Shown one piece after another: positions 47,631-57,180 of a DNA stretch of 64,000 bases. The stretch lies in assembly GCA_965644315.1 (NCBI GenBank), contig CBFFRQ010000055.1, positions 186,001-250,000 on the forward strand. The letters run 5' to 3'. Position 1 is the first letter of the stretch. Every line of letters begins with the position of its first letter. The DNA is from Caecitellus pseudoparvulus. Its lineage: Eukaryota; Protista; Bigyra: Bicosoecida. Below the pieces are notes generated by a model that was not told the origin of the DNA, searched no databases, and saw only the letters and a program-made list of their open reading frames with translations. A program made the position numbers and the translations under genes.

Positions 47631-48008
47631 TCACTGGCCGGGGGAGTGGTCTGTCGTGGCTCGCATTACTGCCAGCACGGCGAAGCCAGTGCCCATCGTG
47701 CTCAGGGCGATGCGGTGCGCGAAGTGACTCTTGGGCACCTTGGTGCTGTGCCAGAACAAATACCCTGCCGCCCCGCCCATGGCCAGCGTGCCGCTGACTC
47801 GGCAGGCAATGCAATCCCCTTCGCCACCCACGCCAGGCACGCCTTGCCCTGCTGCAGCTGCTGCTGCTGGGTCTGTGATCCGGGACAAGGCCGTGCGGAA
47901 GTACCCCGCTGGAAGCCCGCCAATGCCACTGCCTGAGCGTGGCGCAGCGTCGGCAGGCTGGTCCTCCCCCACCCTGCCTTCGTGAGGGTGATTGCCTTGC
48001 CCGGACAT
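47631..48008 (-). CDS. DUF4536/DMAC1-like small membrane protein
   Basis: DCIACRVSGTLAMGGAAGYLFW CxxC-TM motif followed by a second transmembrane segment. Confidence 0.7.
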   Translation of the reverse strand: MSGQGNHPHEGRVGEDQPADAAPRSGSGIGGLPAGYFRTALSRITDPAAAAAAGQGVPGVGGEGDCIACRVSGTLAMGGAAGYLFWHSTKVPKSHFAHRIALSTMGTGFAVLAVMRATTDHSPGQ

Positions 48009-48013
48009 GCTGG

Positions 48014-48023
48014 CAATTTCCGC
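48014..48023. promoter_or_regulatory. CAATTTCCGC motif in the 163-nt divergent spacer between DUF4536 and anmK
   Basis: Exact 10-mer copy. Confidence 0.55.
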
Positions 48024-48171
48024 ACCTCACCGCAGTGCAGCAGAGCGCTCAAAACCCTCCTGAGCCCACCCCACGAGCAGCGTTCTCGTGAACCTGGTGG
48101 TGTGTGCCACGAAATTCACAGGGTGCTTGTGGAGTCGCGTGTTTTCTCCCCAGCGGCGGTCTGCACCTCCC

Positions 48172-49467
48172 ATGGCATCGGCCGCCGGAACTTGGCCCCG
48201 CCGCGTGGCTGGCCTCATGTCCGGCACGTCCATGGACGGCGTCGACGTGGCGGTGCTGGACACAGACGGCGAACAGCACGTCGCTCTCGTCGCCCACGCC
48301 ACGGTGCCGTACTCCGCCGCGCAGCGACGCCGCATCCGCGCCCAGCTGGGCCAGCGCCAGCGCACTGCACCAGTGCTGGCGCTAGAGAAAGAGGTGACGG
48401 CGCTGCATGCGCAGGCCCTGCGCACCGTGTGTGCCGACGCAGACATCGTACTGTCCTCCCTGCACTGCGTGGGTTTCCACGGACAGACCCTGTCGCACGC
48501 GCCGCAGGAGGGGCACACGCTGCAAATCGGCGACGGCGCAGCGCTGGCGGCAGACCTCGGCCTGGTGGTGGTGAATGACTTCCGCACGGCAGATGTGCAG
48601 GAGGGGGGGCAGGGCGCCCCCCTCGTGCCCCTCTACCACGCGGCGCTGGCGAGGCAGCTCATGGACGAGTGTGCTGCAGCGGACAAGGCGCCGGCCAAGG
48701 CAGGTGACGTGTCACAAGGCTTGGCAGTGGTGAATGTGGGGGGCGTGTCCAACATCACGTACATCCCCCCCCCCCAGGAGGGCTGCCCGGCACCCCTGCT
48801 GGCCTTTGACTGCGGCCCAGGCGGGGCGTACATCGATGACTACATGCTCACGACCTGTGATCGCGCGTTCGACGCCGGTGGCGCCTTGGCGGCCGCCGGC
48901 GCGCCCCACCTCCCCCCCCACGCAGTGGACGCCTTCATGCAGCAGGAGTTCTTCGCTGCGCCCCCGCCCAAGAGCCTGGACCGGCACTCCTGCGATGGGC
49001 CCACGGCGGCGCTCCTGCAGGCAATTGCCGCGCACATGTCTGAGCATGCCGAGCAGGCGCGCCACGCAGCAGCCGTGGCGGCCCTGACAGAGGCCAGCGC
49101 AGCGGCCATCGCGGCAGCTGCACAGCACCTGCCCACAGTGCCGCGTGTGTGGCTGGTCACGGGGGGTGGCCGGCACAATGCCACGCTGCTGGCACGAGTG
49201 GCCGCACGCCTGCCGGAGGGCACTGCCGTCGCCCCAGTGGACACGGTAGGGTGGGATGGTGACGCTATGGAAGCTGCAGCCTTTGGTTTCCTGGCAGTGC
49301 GCAGCCTGCGGGGCCTGCACCTGACTGAGCCAGGCACCACTGGCTGTCGCAAGGCTTGTACAGGGGGGGTCACCCACTTGCCACCAGAGGCGCCGACGCC
49401 TGCACCTGCAAAAGAACGGAGTGGGGGTGACGGCATCACCCCAAGTGGGTCAGGAGGGAGTGGGTGA
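48172..49467 (+). CDS. anmK: Anhydro-N-acetylmuramic acid kinase (AnmK/levoglucosan kinase family), intronless
   Basis: GLMSGTSMDGVDVA, GFHGQTLSH, TLQIGDG, DFRTADVQEGGQGAPLVP, NVGGVSNIT, AFDCGPG, PPKSLDR, GGGRHN and EAAAFGFLAVR..PGTTG. Confidence 0.95.
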   Translation: MASAAGTWPRRVAGLMSGTSMDGVDVAVLDTDGEQHVALVAHATVPYSAAQRRRIRAQLGQRQRTAPVLALEKEVTALHAQALRTVCADADIVLSSLHCVGFHGQTLSHAPQEGHTLQIGDGAALAADLGLVVVNDFRTADVQEGGQGAPLVPLYHAALARQLMDECAAADKAPAKAGDVSQGLAVVNVGGVSNITYIPPPQEGCPAPLLAFDCGPGGAYIDDYMLTTCDRAFDAGGALAAAGAPHLPPHAVDAFMQQEFFAAPPPKSLDRHSCDGPTAALLQAIAAHMSEHAEQARHAAAVAALTEASAAAIAAAAQHLPTVPRVWLVTGGGRHNATLLARVAARLPEGTAVAPVDTVGWDGDAMEAAAFGFLAVRSLRGLHLTEPGTTGCRKACTGGVTHLPPEAPTPAPAKERSGGDGITPSGSGGSG

Positions 49468-49509
49468 GGCGCGGGGGCAAGCCTTTGTGGGGCCTCAAAT
49501 TCGGCAGGT

Positions 49510-51099
49510 ATGGCATGGCTCGCAGCAGCAATTACCGCACTGTCCCTGCCGTGGCTGGCCTCCCTGCTGCTGGCTCTGCAGTGGCCTGGGGACAACACCT
49601 GCCCCATGACGTACTCTCAACCAGGTTTCAGCAGAGTGTGGATGAATGGCAGCGTCGGTGTGGACTCCGCTGTGTGGCCCACTGGCGCCGTGCAGCGGCA
49701 GCTGAGACACCGCTGGGCGCTGCTGCGGTACAGCTGCCCTCGCCAGGCTGTTTCTCAGCCTGCTCGCACTACGCCTGTCCTGTGCATGGTGGGGCACATG
49801 GGGCACTTCGGCCAGTGCCGCTCTCTGGCCCAGCTCGCCTGCAGCCGCGCCACCTTGGTGGTGTACATTCTGGCGCACCCCCCCCTGCCGTTGGCAGCAG
49901 CCCCCCCCCTGCTCGCCGCCCAGGCCCAGGCTGGCCAGGCCGCTGTGCGGGCAGTGCAGGCCCTGCACGCCACTGAGCAGGGTGCGCTGGCGCCGCCTGT
50001 GGTGCTGGTAGGCCACAGCATGGGTGGTGTCGCCGCGGCCATGGTGGCGGGCGAGGTGGGCCCACACGTGCGGGGCGTGGTGGCCCTGGCCGCACCCCTG
50101 TCCGCACCCCCCCTCCTGCCGTCCCTGCGGGGCCTGCTGCTGTACGGACAGCTGCAGCGCAGGTTGGGGCGGGGCGGCGACCCCCCCCTCCTGCAGGTGC
50201 AGGGGGGGGCATGGGACTGGCACGTGCCTTGGGGGGGGCTCACCGAGGCTGCACCCCCCCCCTCCTCGTCGCCTCGGGGTCCACCCGCAGTGACGTGGTG
50301 GGCCCCCCACCTGCCCCACCCAGACGGCACCTGCACGCCGACAGACCACCTGAGCGTCATGTGGTGCAGGCCGATCTTACATCGCGTGTTGGAAGTGGTG
50401 CAGAGCGGCAGCGCTGCAGGTGCCTGGCACCACAGCGCCACCTCCGCCGCCGCCCAGCGCCTGCCGCCCATGCCAGACCCCCGGCGCCAGCGCCAGCTGT
50501 CGGCTGAGCGAGCTGCCTTTGCTCGTGTGTGGAGCTGGGCGGGGGCGGTGGTGGGCGGGCTGGCGGCGCCGTGGCACATGCGCAGCGGCGCGAACTGCAC
50601 ATCGCCACAGGTCTCCTGGTGGGGCACGCTGGGCGCAGCGGGGGCTACGAGTGCACTGCCGCTGGTGCATTGCATCTGGGCGGCTGGCGTGCTGTGGGGT
50701 CTGCGTGACCCACGCCTGGCGGCGGCAAGCCTGGCCCTCGCTGGGCCAGCTGCTGCGCTTGCATGGAGCAACCATGCCCCAGAACCCCTTGCACTCATGG
50801 CTGCAGGGTGGGCGGCAGGAAGTGCTGCCACGTGGGCAGTGCAGTCAGCAAGCGTGGGAGGCGCAGTTTGGATGGCCGTCGTGTACTGCTGTGCACCTGG
50901 CGTTTCGCCGCTGGCAACGCTCGCGATCGTCTGGACGATGGTAGTCTTCTCGGCGTGCTTGCACGCCGCCTCGCTTGTGATGCCAGAGATACATGCGCCG
51001 CGCTTGCGGCTGGGGGTCGCTGCACTGCTGCTCTGTGCCCCGACAGCACTGGAGCAGGCTCTGCTCGTAGCCTACCCAGCACCGGAGGGTTGGTGGTAG
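49510..51099 (+). CDS. PGAP1/Bst1-like GPI inositol-deacylase (alpha/beta hydrolase)
   Basis: N-terminal transmembrane segment then CPMTY; GHMGHFGQCRSLA; VLVGHSMGG nucleophile elbow; TDHLSVMWC; C-terminal transmembrane segments. Confidence 0.8.
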   Translation: MAWLAAAITALSLPWLASLLLALQWPGDNTCPMTYSQPGFSRVWMNGSVGVDSAVWPTGAVQRQLRHRWALLRYSCPRQAVSQPARTTPVLCMVGHMGHFGQCRSLAQLACSRATLVVYILAHPPLPLAAAPPLLAAQAQAGQAAVRAVQALHATEQGALAPPVVLVGHSMGGVAAAMVAGEVGPHVRGVVALAAPLSAPPLLPSLRGLLLYGQLQRRLGRGGDPPLLQVQGGAWDWHVPWGGLTEAAPPPSSSPRGPPAVTWWAPHLPHPDGTCTPTDHLSVMWCRPILHRVLEVVQSGSAAGAWHHSATSAAAQRLPPMPDPRRQRQLSAERAAFARVWSWAGAVVGGLAAPWHMRSGANCTSPQVSWWGTLGAAGATSALPLVHCIWAAGVLWGLRDPRLAAASLALAGPAAALAWSNHAPEPLALMAAGWAAGSAATWAVQSASVGGAVWMAVVYCCAPGVSPLATLAIVWTMVVFSACLHAASLVMPEIHAPRLRLGVAALLLCAPTALEQALLVAYPAPEGWW

Positions 51100-51200
51100 G
51101 GCCAGTGCGCGTCAATTTTCAATCCCACCCACCAACCAGCATCGGCTCACAGAGCAACGCAGGTCCTTGGTTGCTCATCCCACGCCTTGGTGCATCACAC

Positions 51201-52790
51201 ATGCAGCGCCCACAGAGCGCAGCGTCGGCTGCGTCAGCGGGAGGAGTTTCGCTCGGGCTCGCGTCTTCAAATTCCGCAGACGTTGACCTGCACGCCATAG
51301 AGCTGGATTCGGGTGAAGTTGTCAGAGTGCTGACAGCCCTCCCCTTGCATTTGGCTACCATTGACGTTCGGCAACGCCCTGACACGTCGGACCGCGTGGC
51401 AACCGTGCAGTGGTTGGAGGCGTTTCTCGCGCGCTCAACTCACTCACACGGCATTGTGCAGCGCAGAGGAAGGTGGGAAGCCCGTCTGCATCTCTCCAAA
51501 CGCGCTGTGTACCTTGGCCGGTACACTTCCCGCGCTGCAGCGGTCTCGGCAGTCGCACATGCGCTGGCGCCGAAGCAGACCCCTGCAGCCCCGGAGGCGC
51601 ACCGAGCACCACGACCCACCAGCCTCGCCCCCCCTGGCACTGTGCGGCTACTGCTGAAGCCCCCTTCACCCCAACACTTTACAGGGCTGCTGTGGGAGTG
51701 CACTCAGGATACCGGCAGTGTTCTGTGGGCCCTCACCCTGCCCTGGCAAGACTCCCTGCAAGCCCTCATCCTGACGGGGCAGGGTGACAGCGCCGAGGGC
51801 TGTCAGGTGCTGGGCCTGTGGAACGCCGCGCAGACGCTGGGGGCGCCCCTGGCACACGCGGCCGTCACGCAGGGTGGCGTGTGGGAGGTTCGGCTGGCAG
51901 AGACAAAGGCCGGGCCTGCTCCCTCGCCCCCTGCGCCGGCCACGCGCAGTCATTCCCTGCCGGGCACGCCCCAGCTGTCGTCCCTGCCCGTGTTCGGGGG
52001 TGGTGCTGCTCACCGCCCCTCCTCGGCCACTGCCACCTCGCCTCCGCGCCGCGCCAAGTCGCAGGGTGGCCTCCTCCTCACACTGCAAGTTCGCGGCGGA
52101 GGTCTGGTGGGCGCCCACACACCGCTGTCTGCCTCCGGCACCCCCCTCGCCACACCCACGCCTCACCCACAAGCACTGCCCCTGCTGCGAGAGCAACAGC
52201 GCGATCCCGGTCGCCACGCCCTGATTCTGGCGGGGGAGGAGGGCGCCACACCGCCCAGCCCCGGCACCCCCTCTGCCGCCTCGCCCCCCCCTGACCACCG
52301 CATGCAGCCTGGCGCGGGGCGGACTGGAGGCCGCAGCACGCCACGCTTCTCGGGAACAGGCGCTGCGCCGAGCACCCCCCCCAAGTGCGCCAGGCGCCAG
52401 GGGCCCTCCAAAGGCTCCTGGGTGGTGACCTGCACGACACCCCTAGTCGCAGACTACAGTGACGCCGCACAGCGCCTGACCACGGCCATGGCAGCCAAAG
52501 GCTTGCTCACCCAAGGTGACTGCCGGGTGCTTGCCTGTGTGGGGGTGGCGCCCCCCATGGGCTTCCTGGCCGCACTGCCCGCTGCACTGCTGGTGCTGCG
52601 CAAAGAGCGCGAAATGGCGAGAGCAGGCCCTGCGCAGGCGTGGCGGCGGCCTGGTTCGACGGCCAGACTGCCAGGTGGGCGGGCACGGCTGGGCGAGGCG
52701 GCTGGGCGTGGTGCGAGTGTGGCTGCGGAGCAGGGGGGTGCGCGGCAACACAGCCTGCCCGGCGCAGTGGAGGCGAGCCCCCCAAAATGA
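51201..52790 (+). CDS. AP2/ERF-like DNA-binding domain protein
   Basis: HGIVQRRGRWEARLHLSKRAVYLGRYTSRAAAVSA matches the AP2 pattern GV..RGRW.A.I....YLG.F.T..EAA.AY. Confidence 0.65.
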   Translation: MQRPQSAASAASAGGVSLGLASSNSADVDLHAIELDSGEVVRVLTALPLHLATIDVRQRPDTSDRVATVQWLEAFLARSTHSHGIVQRRGRWEARLHLSKRAVYLGRYTSRAAAVSAVAHALAPKQTPAAPEAHRAPRPTSLAPPGTVRLLLKPPSPQHFTGLLWECTQDTGSVLWALTLPWQDSLQALILTGQGDSAEGCQVLGLWNAAQTLGAPLAHAAVTQGGVWEVRLAETKAGPAPSPPAPATRSHSLPGTPQLSSLPVFGGGAAHRPSSATATSPPRRAKSQGGLLLTLQVRGGGLVGAHTPLSASGTPLATPTPHPQALPLLREQQRDPGRHALILAGEEGATPPSPGTPSAASPPPDHRMQPGAGRTGGRSTPRFSGTGAAPSTPPKCARRQGPSKGSWVVTCTTPLVADYSDAAQRLTTAMAAKGLLTQGDCRVLACVGVAPPMGFLAALPAALLVLRKEREMARAGPAQAWRRPGSTARLPGGRARLGEAAGRGASVAAEQGGARQHSLPGAVEASPPK

Positions 52791-52860
52791 ACCTCCCACC
52801 CCCCCTTCGCACGCTCGCGCCGTGGGCACACGGGCTCGATCTGTGTATAGCCACGGTGGC

Positions 52861-54766
52861 ATGCAGGGGGCCACTGCACCCCGTGTGGGCGACGGCCCGG
52901 CAGCCCCGGCGCAACCAGGACCAAGTGCTCCCCGGCAGGCAAGCTCGGCTGCTTCACCACAGCAGGCGCAGGCGGCGCAAGGAGCAGCAGAAGGCACCAA
53001 GCCCCCGCTGACTGTCAGCAGCCCGGGATTGAATTTCGTCCTGTTCAAGGTACCGACCCTCAGGACGCAAGCAACCGCCATCAACAGCACGAATGGTGCG
53101 CAGACCAGGCTGCCAATTACCGCAGGGCAGTTGCCTACTCTGGGACTCCTCGCTGTCAAGCAAGCGCCGGCCCTGCCCTGCACCCCACAGAATTATTTTG
53201 GGACATTATCTTTGCTTTCTCCATGGGGGCCGTGCGGGCGGAAGTCAGCTCATCCTTGCTGTCGTGCGACCCTCACTTGCAAGGTTCGTGAAGGCAGCGA
53301 AGTGTGCAGGTCACCTGCTGGCCGTCCAATCCACTGCGGCGTGCGGCACCCCCCTCGCAGAGTGCAACTTTGGCGTGAACATGCTGGGCTCTTTCATCAT
53401 CTTCTTCACGTTCTTCTGGAATGCCCACCTCATGGTCGTGTACTCCAACCGCTTCACAACAGGTGACTGGCACCCAGCTGCACAGCTGCATGTCTGCGCC
53501 AAGGCCAGCACCGGCCCCCCCCGCCTTGCAGAGGAATTCGGCCACAACATCTGGATGTACGCTTCCATGGGGTGCATGTCCCTCATGGCTGTTTCGTCTG
53601 TGGACTGCATCGGGTCCGCCACGCACTGCGCCAGCATCATGTCTTCCGGCCTGCGCGGAACGGCATCATTCGGCGTCTTCGCCTTGGCTGCCGCCGTCAC
53701 CAACGCCCTGACAGGCCTGCAGTTCATGCGCACGGTGTACATGAAACGCGTTCGCATGTACAGTGCACTGTACGGTGGCGGGTGTCTCGTTGCAGCGGTG
53801 GCCTGGACGCTGGGCGCGGTGTTCGCAACCACGGCAACGCAGCACCTCCTCGTGGCGGGCTGCATCAGCATCTGGCACATCGCGGTGGATGCGGCGACGC
53901 GCCTGCCCAGCGTCGAGCTGCCCACTCGCCTGCCTGAGCACAAAGCCTCTCGCTTCCGCAAGTTTGGGGTGGTTATGCTGACGCAGCTGCTGATGGGCGT
54001 GCTGTCGCCAGGCGCCGCATACAACACACGTGGCTACGTTTTTGCGGCGGGCGTGTTGGCTCTGACCATGCTGCACAAGACAGTGCACTATGACTTCAAT
54101 CAGGGGCACAAGGCAGACGGCTGGAGTGGCGTGCCGCGCATTTCCGAGTGGCTGTACGTCATGATGAACCTGGTTCTCGCTGGCACCTTCACAGCGCTCG
54201 GCGCCGTCGTGCATGCCATCATCACCGACGTCACCAACCCTGCCATCGCCATTTCACCAGCCCGAGCACTGCGTGTCAAGTGGATGCTCTGCTCTGCCAT
54301 GGCCCTGGCCCTCTTCGCCAGCATCGCCATCCAGACCCTCCTGCGCGGGAAGGGCAAGCGCGTGCGCCGCTGCGGCAAGAAAGTCCGCATGTCCTTCCGC
54401 ACGCTCCTGGCACTGGTCACCCTGCTCGCGCCTGTGTACTTACCGGAAACCTTCCCTTCCGAACATGTCATTTGGATCCTGGTGGCCGTCGTGGCGGTGG
54501 AGCTGGTGGGGGACATCATTGGGAAGCAGCAAGTGAACCCCGCCGAGGGCGCGGGGGGTGTCATCCCCCACCTGGACGTGTACTCCGAGGCAGTTGGGCT
54601 GGAGGACGCCGCAGCAGGGCGCCGCAAGACCAAGGCAGCCGCGACTTTCCAAGCAGCCATGTGGCGCGTCGTGTCGGAAGGTGGGGGCAAGGGCACAGCG
54701 GACGACCCTTCCATCCAAGCTCCGCTGTTGGGGCGTGCGCCTTCCCAGCCGGAGACACAAGGGTGA
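52861..54766 (+). CDS. LtrA (low temperature requirement A)-like polytopic membrane protein, spliced
   Basis: Exon ELFWDIIFAF (cf. ELFFDLVFV), FWNAHLMVVYSNRF, and EHKASRFRKFGVVML (cf. HLxERFGLFxII). Confidence 0.7.
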
Positions 54767-54834
54767 TTGCATTGCAACGCTGCAGAGAAACAGAGGCACA
54801 CATGCGCGCACACAGGAAGGCGTGAGGGTGCACC

Positions 54835-56110
54835 TTACAGCGTGCTGCACAACGGCATGACGTAGCCCAACACGGCGTCAATGGCTGCGAGGGGGGGGGG
54901 GGGCAGTATCTGTGCGCTTTCTGCCTGCTGCCTCCCAGCGGCACTGCCTCACCGTCAATGGCGGCCTCCTCGATCTCCGTCGCGTTTCCACCGGCGATGA
55001 GGGCCTTGGCAATGGCGATGGGCAGGCCGGCGCACAGGTCGCGGATTTTCTGCGCACGCCGAAACACGGACAGTGCATGGCCGCGCGCCGCGCCGCACCC
55101 CTGCGCCCATACCTTCGTGCAAGTCTTGGCAGAGGTGCAGCAAAGTGCGCCCCCGTCGACATCGTGGCCGGGTACACCAGAGCAAGCCTCCCAGCACACC
55201 GGCCCCACGCCATAGTAGCCGTCAGGGCAGAAGGGGTAGCAGAGCCCCGCATCGTACTGCTCGTCCAGCTTGCACTGCAGGGGCTTGCCCACGCCCCGAC
55301 CTGGCAAGTGGGGGCAGAATGGGGGGCGGGTGGGGTGCTGCGAGCGGGCAGTCCTCCCCTCGGCAGGGGCACCGCACCGTATGACTTCTTTGCGATGGTT
55401 TTGATGTGGCCAGCCTCACGGCAGAGAGCACCCTCATCAATCCACTGCGGGGCGGACAGGAGCACGCGTGATGCCCTGTGCGCGCGCAAATGCACAGCGG
55501 CACACGCACGCCAGGCGGGCAGTTCTCCCAGCAAACAGGCCCAACTGCGAGGTGTGCGAGAGTTGCAGGTGCACTGCAGCGTGCGGGAAATTGACCCGCA
55601 GGGGGCAGCCGTACCTCCCGTGTAGTTCGTGGCACACTCCGGATAGCACAGCCAGCCGGACTTCACAAGTGGAGGCTGCGAGGGGCAGTGAGCGTGTGAC
55701 GTGCCGAGGCTGGTGGCGCGCATCGGCGTGGCAGCTTGGCGCTGTGCGGGAATTGGTGCTGGAGCATCGCAGCAAATTATCCGACAGGCAGTCGCAGACG
55801 AGGAAGCCCCCTACCAGCCCTGCCCTGGCTGCAAGTAGTTTAAAGGGCACAGAACAGACCCGGCCTGCACCTTGCGCTCGCCAGCGCTGCCGCATTCGGG
55901 CTGCAGTACCCGCGGCAAGCGCAGGTGAGTGAAACGCACATGGCATGTAGAAATGGGCTTCCCGACGCCACGGTCGTGCGTGCCCTTCCAGCAGACGTCC
56001 GTAACCGACGTGCTTGTGGCTGGGATCTGTCCTTGGGGGCGCAGGTAGTGCGCAACAGCGCCTGTGGCAGCCAGTGCCACAGTTGCTGCTACCAGCGACA
56101 GTGTGCGCAT
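54835..56110 (-). CDS. Secreted cysteine-rich repeat protein (RGVG / LCYPxC / GVGPVCW repeats), ~7 exons
   Basis: Signal peptide; CWKGTHDRGVGKP, GWLCYPEC..G|VGPVCWENCP, KKSY|GRGVGKPLQC..AGLCYPFCPDGYYGVGPVCWEAC; ends GYVMPLCSTL*. Confidence 0.8.
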
Positions 56111-56433
56111 GTTGAGAGGCGGCGGTGAGAGGCGGGGGGGCGAGGGGGGTACGCAGGGGCTCCAAGTGATCCTCTGAGTTGGTTATTGTGAGCTGTGATT
56201 TTTGTTTGGGAGGGAGCGAGGATGCCGGCACGGGGAAGTCGCCCACGGACCTGAAACAAGAGAGACGCCGAATCAATCGGGCGTTGCTCCCAGCAGGCGC
56301 TTGCATTGGCAGCGCGAGGGCAAATCAAAACATCACAATACTATCACCTGCCTTGCACAGCTCTTGCTGTGCGCCTTTTGCTGCGGTTCGCCTTGGTGCA
56401 GAGGCTGGGGCGTGGTGGCCAAGCAGGCGGGGC

Positions 56434-56443
56434 GCGGAAATTG
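56434..56443. promoter_or_regulatory. GCGGAAATTG motif, ~34 nt upstream of the calmodulin-like ATG
   Basis: Exact reverse complement of the 10-mer. Confidence 0.55.
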
Positions 56444-56476
56444 CACAACGCTGCCAACGCGCACAGTTGCCTCGGC

Positions 56477-57123
56477 ATGGCATCTGTGCAGGTTAGCAGG
56501 CAGACCCTGGTGGAGTACCAGGAGGTGTTTTCTTTCTTCAGCCAGGAGGCACGCACAGAGAAGGAGGACGCCAAGATCACGACGGAGGAGTTCACAACCG
56601 TGAGTGCCGCTGGCCTGCACCTGGCAAGTGCAAGAGCAGGGCACGCACCCCCCCCATCCCACGAGGCGCGCAGATCGTGAGGTCACTGGGCTTCGCCCCC
56701 ACAGCCAAGGAGCTGCAGTCCTACTGTGCAGTGATCGACGACACGTATGGCGGGTTCCTGTCTTTCGACAACTTCACCATCGTCATGGTGACGCTGGTGG
56801 TGCCGCAGCAGTCCGCCAAGCCCGACCCCTCCCCAGCCATCCGGAAGGCCTTCAAGCACTTCGGCGAGGTGTGCCGGGAGGGCGACAACGGCACCGTGAG
56901 CATGAAGGACCTGGAGCACCTCATGACGCAGCGGGGTGAGCGCCTGAACGAGGCGGAGTTTCGCCACATGCAACGCGCCTCCAAACCCACCTACGGCAAG
57001 GTGCAGTATGAGCGCCTCTTGCAGGCCCTGTCCTCCGAAGCGGCCACGGCAGGTGTGCCTGCCAGCGCCGGGTCGCCACAGGCCAGGCCTGGGCGAGGGG
57101 GGGCCTCGGGCACGCTGGGTTGA
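56477..57123 (+). CDS. Calmodulin-like or myosin-light-chain-like protein with degenerate EF-hands, 2 exons
   Basis: EYQEVFSFF..KITTEEFTT|IVRSLGFAPTAKEL, IRKAFKHF..DNGTVSMKDLEHLMTQRGERLNEAEF and GKVQYERL. Confidence 0.8.
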
Positions 57124-57180
57124 GTCAATGCATTGTGCTGCGTTTCAAGGGTTGCACGCGGCCGTGTGAGCGGTGTGCAC

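Noticed and set aside
49465-49467. TGA as selenocysteine or a reassigned stop codon
   Set aside because: It does not fall at a conserved Cys or Trp position, I could not identify a SECIS, and TGA ends many other genes here at expected positions.
50763-51200. AP2 ORF overlapping the PGAP1 3' end as annotated in the ORF track
   Set aside because: The upstream extension is low-information shadow frame; the ATG at 51201 is the more plausible start.
54880-54965. 9-nt direct repeat CCATTGACG flanking the last intron of the Cys-rich gene (introner-like target-site duplication)
   Set aside because: It is explained by the repeated peptide AIDAID, and introns in the window show no shared sequence or terminal inverted repeats.
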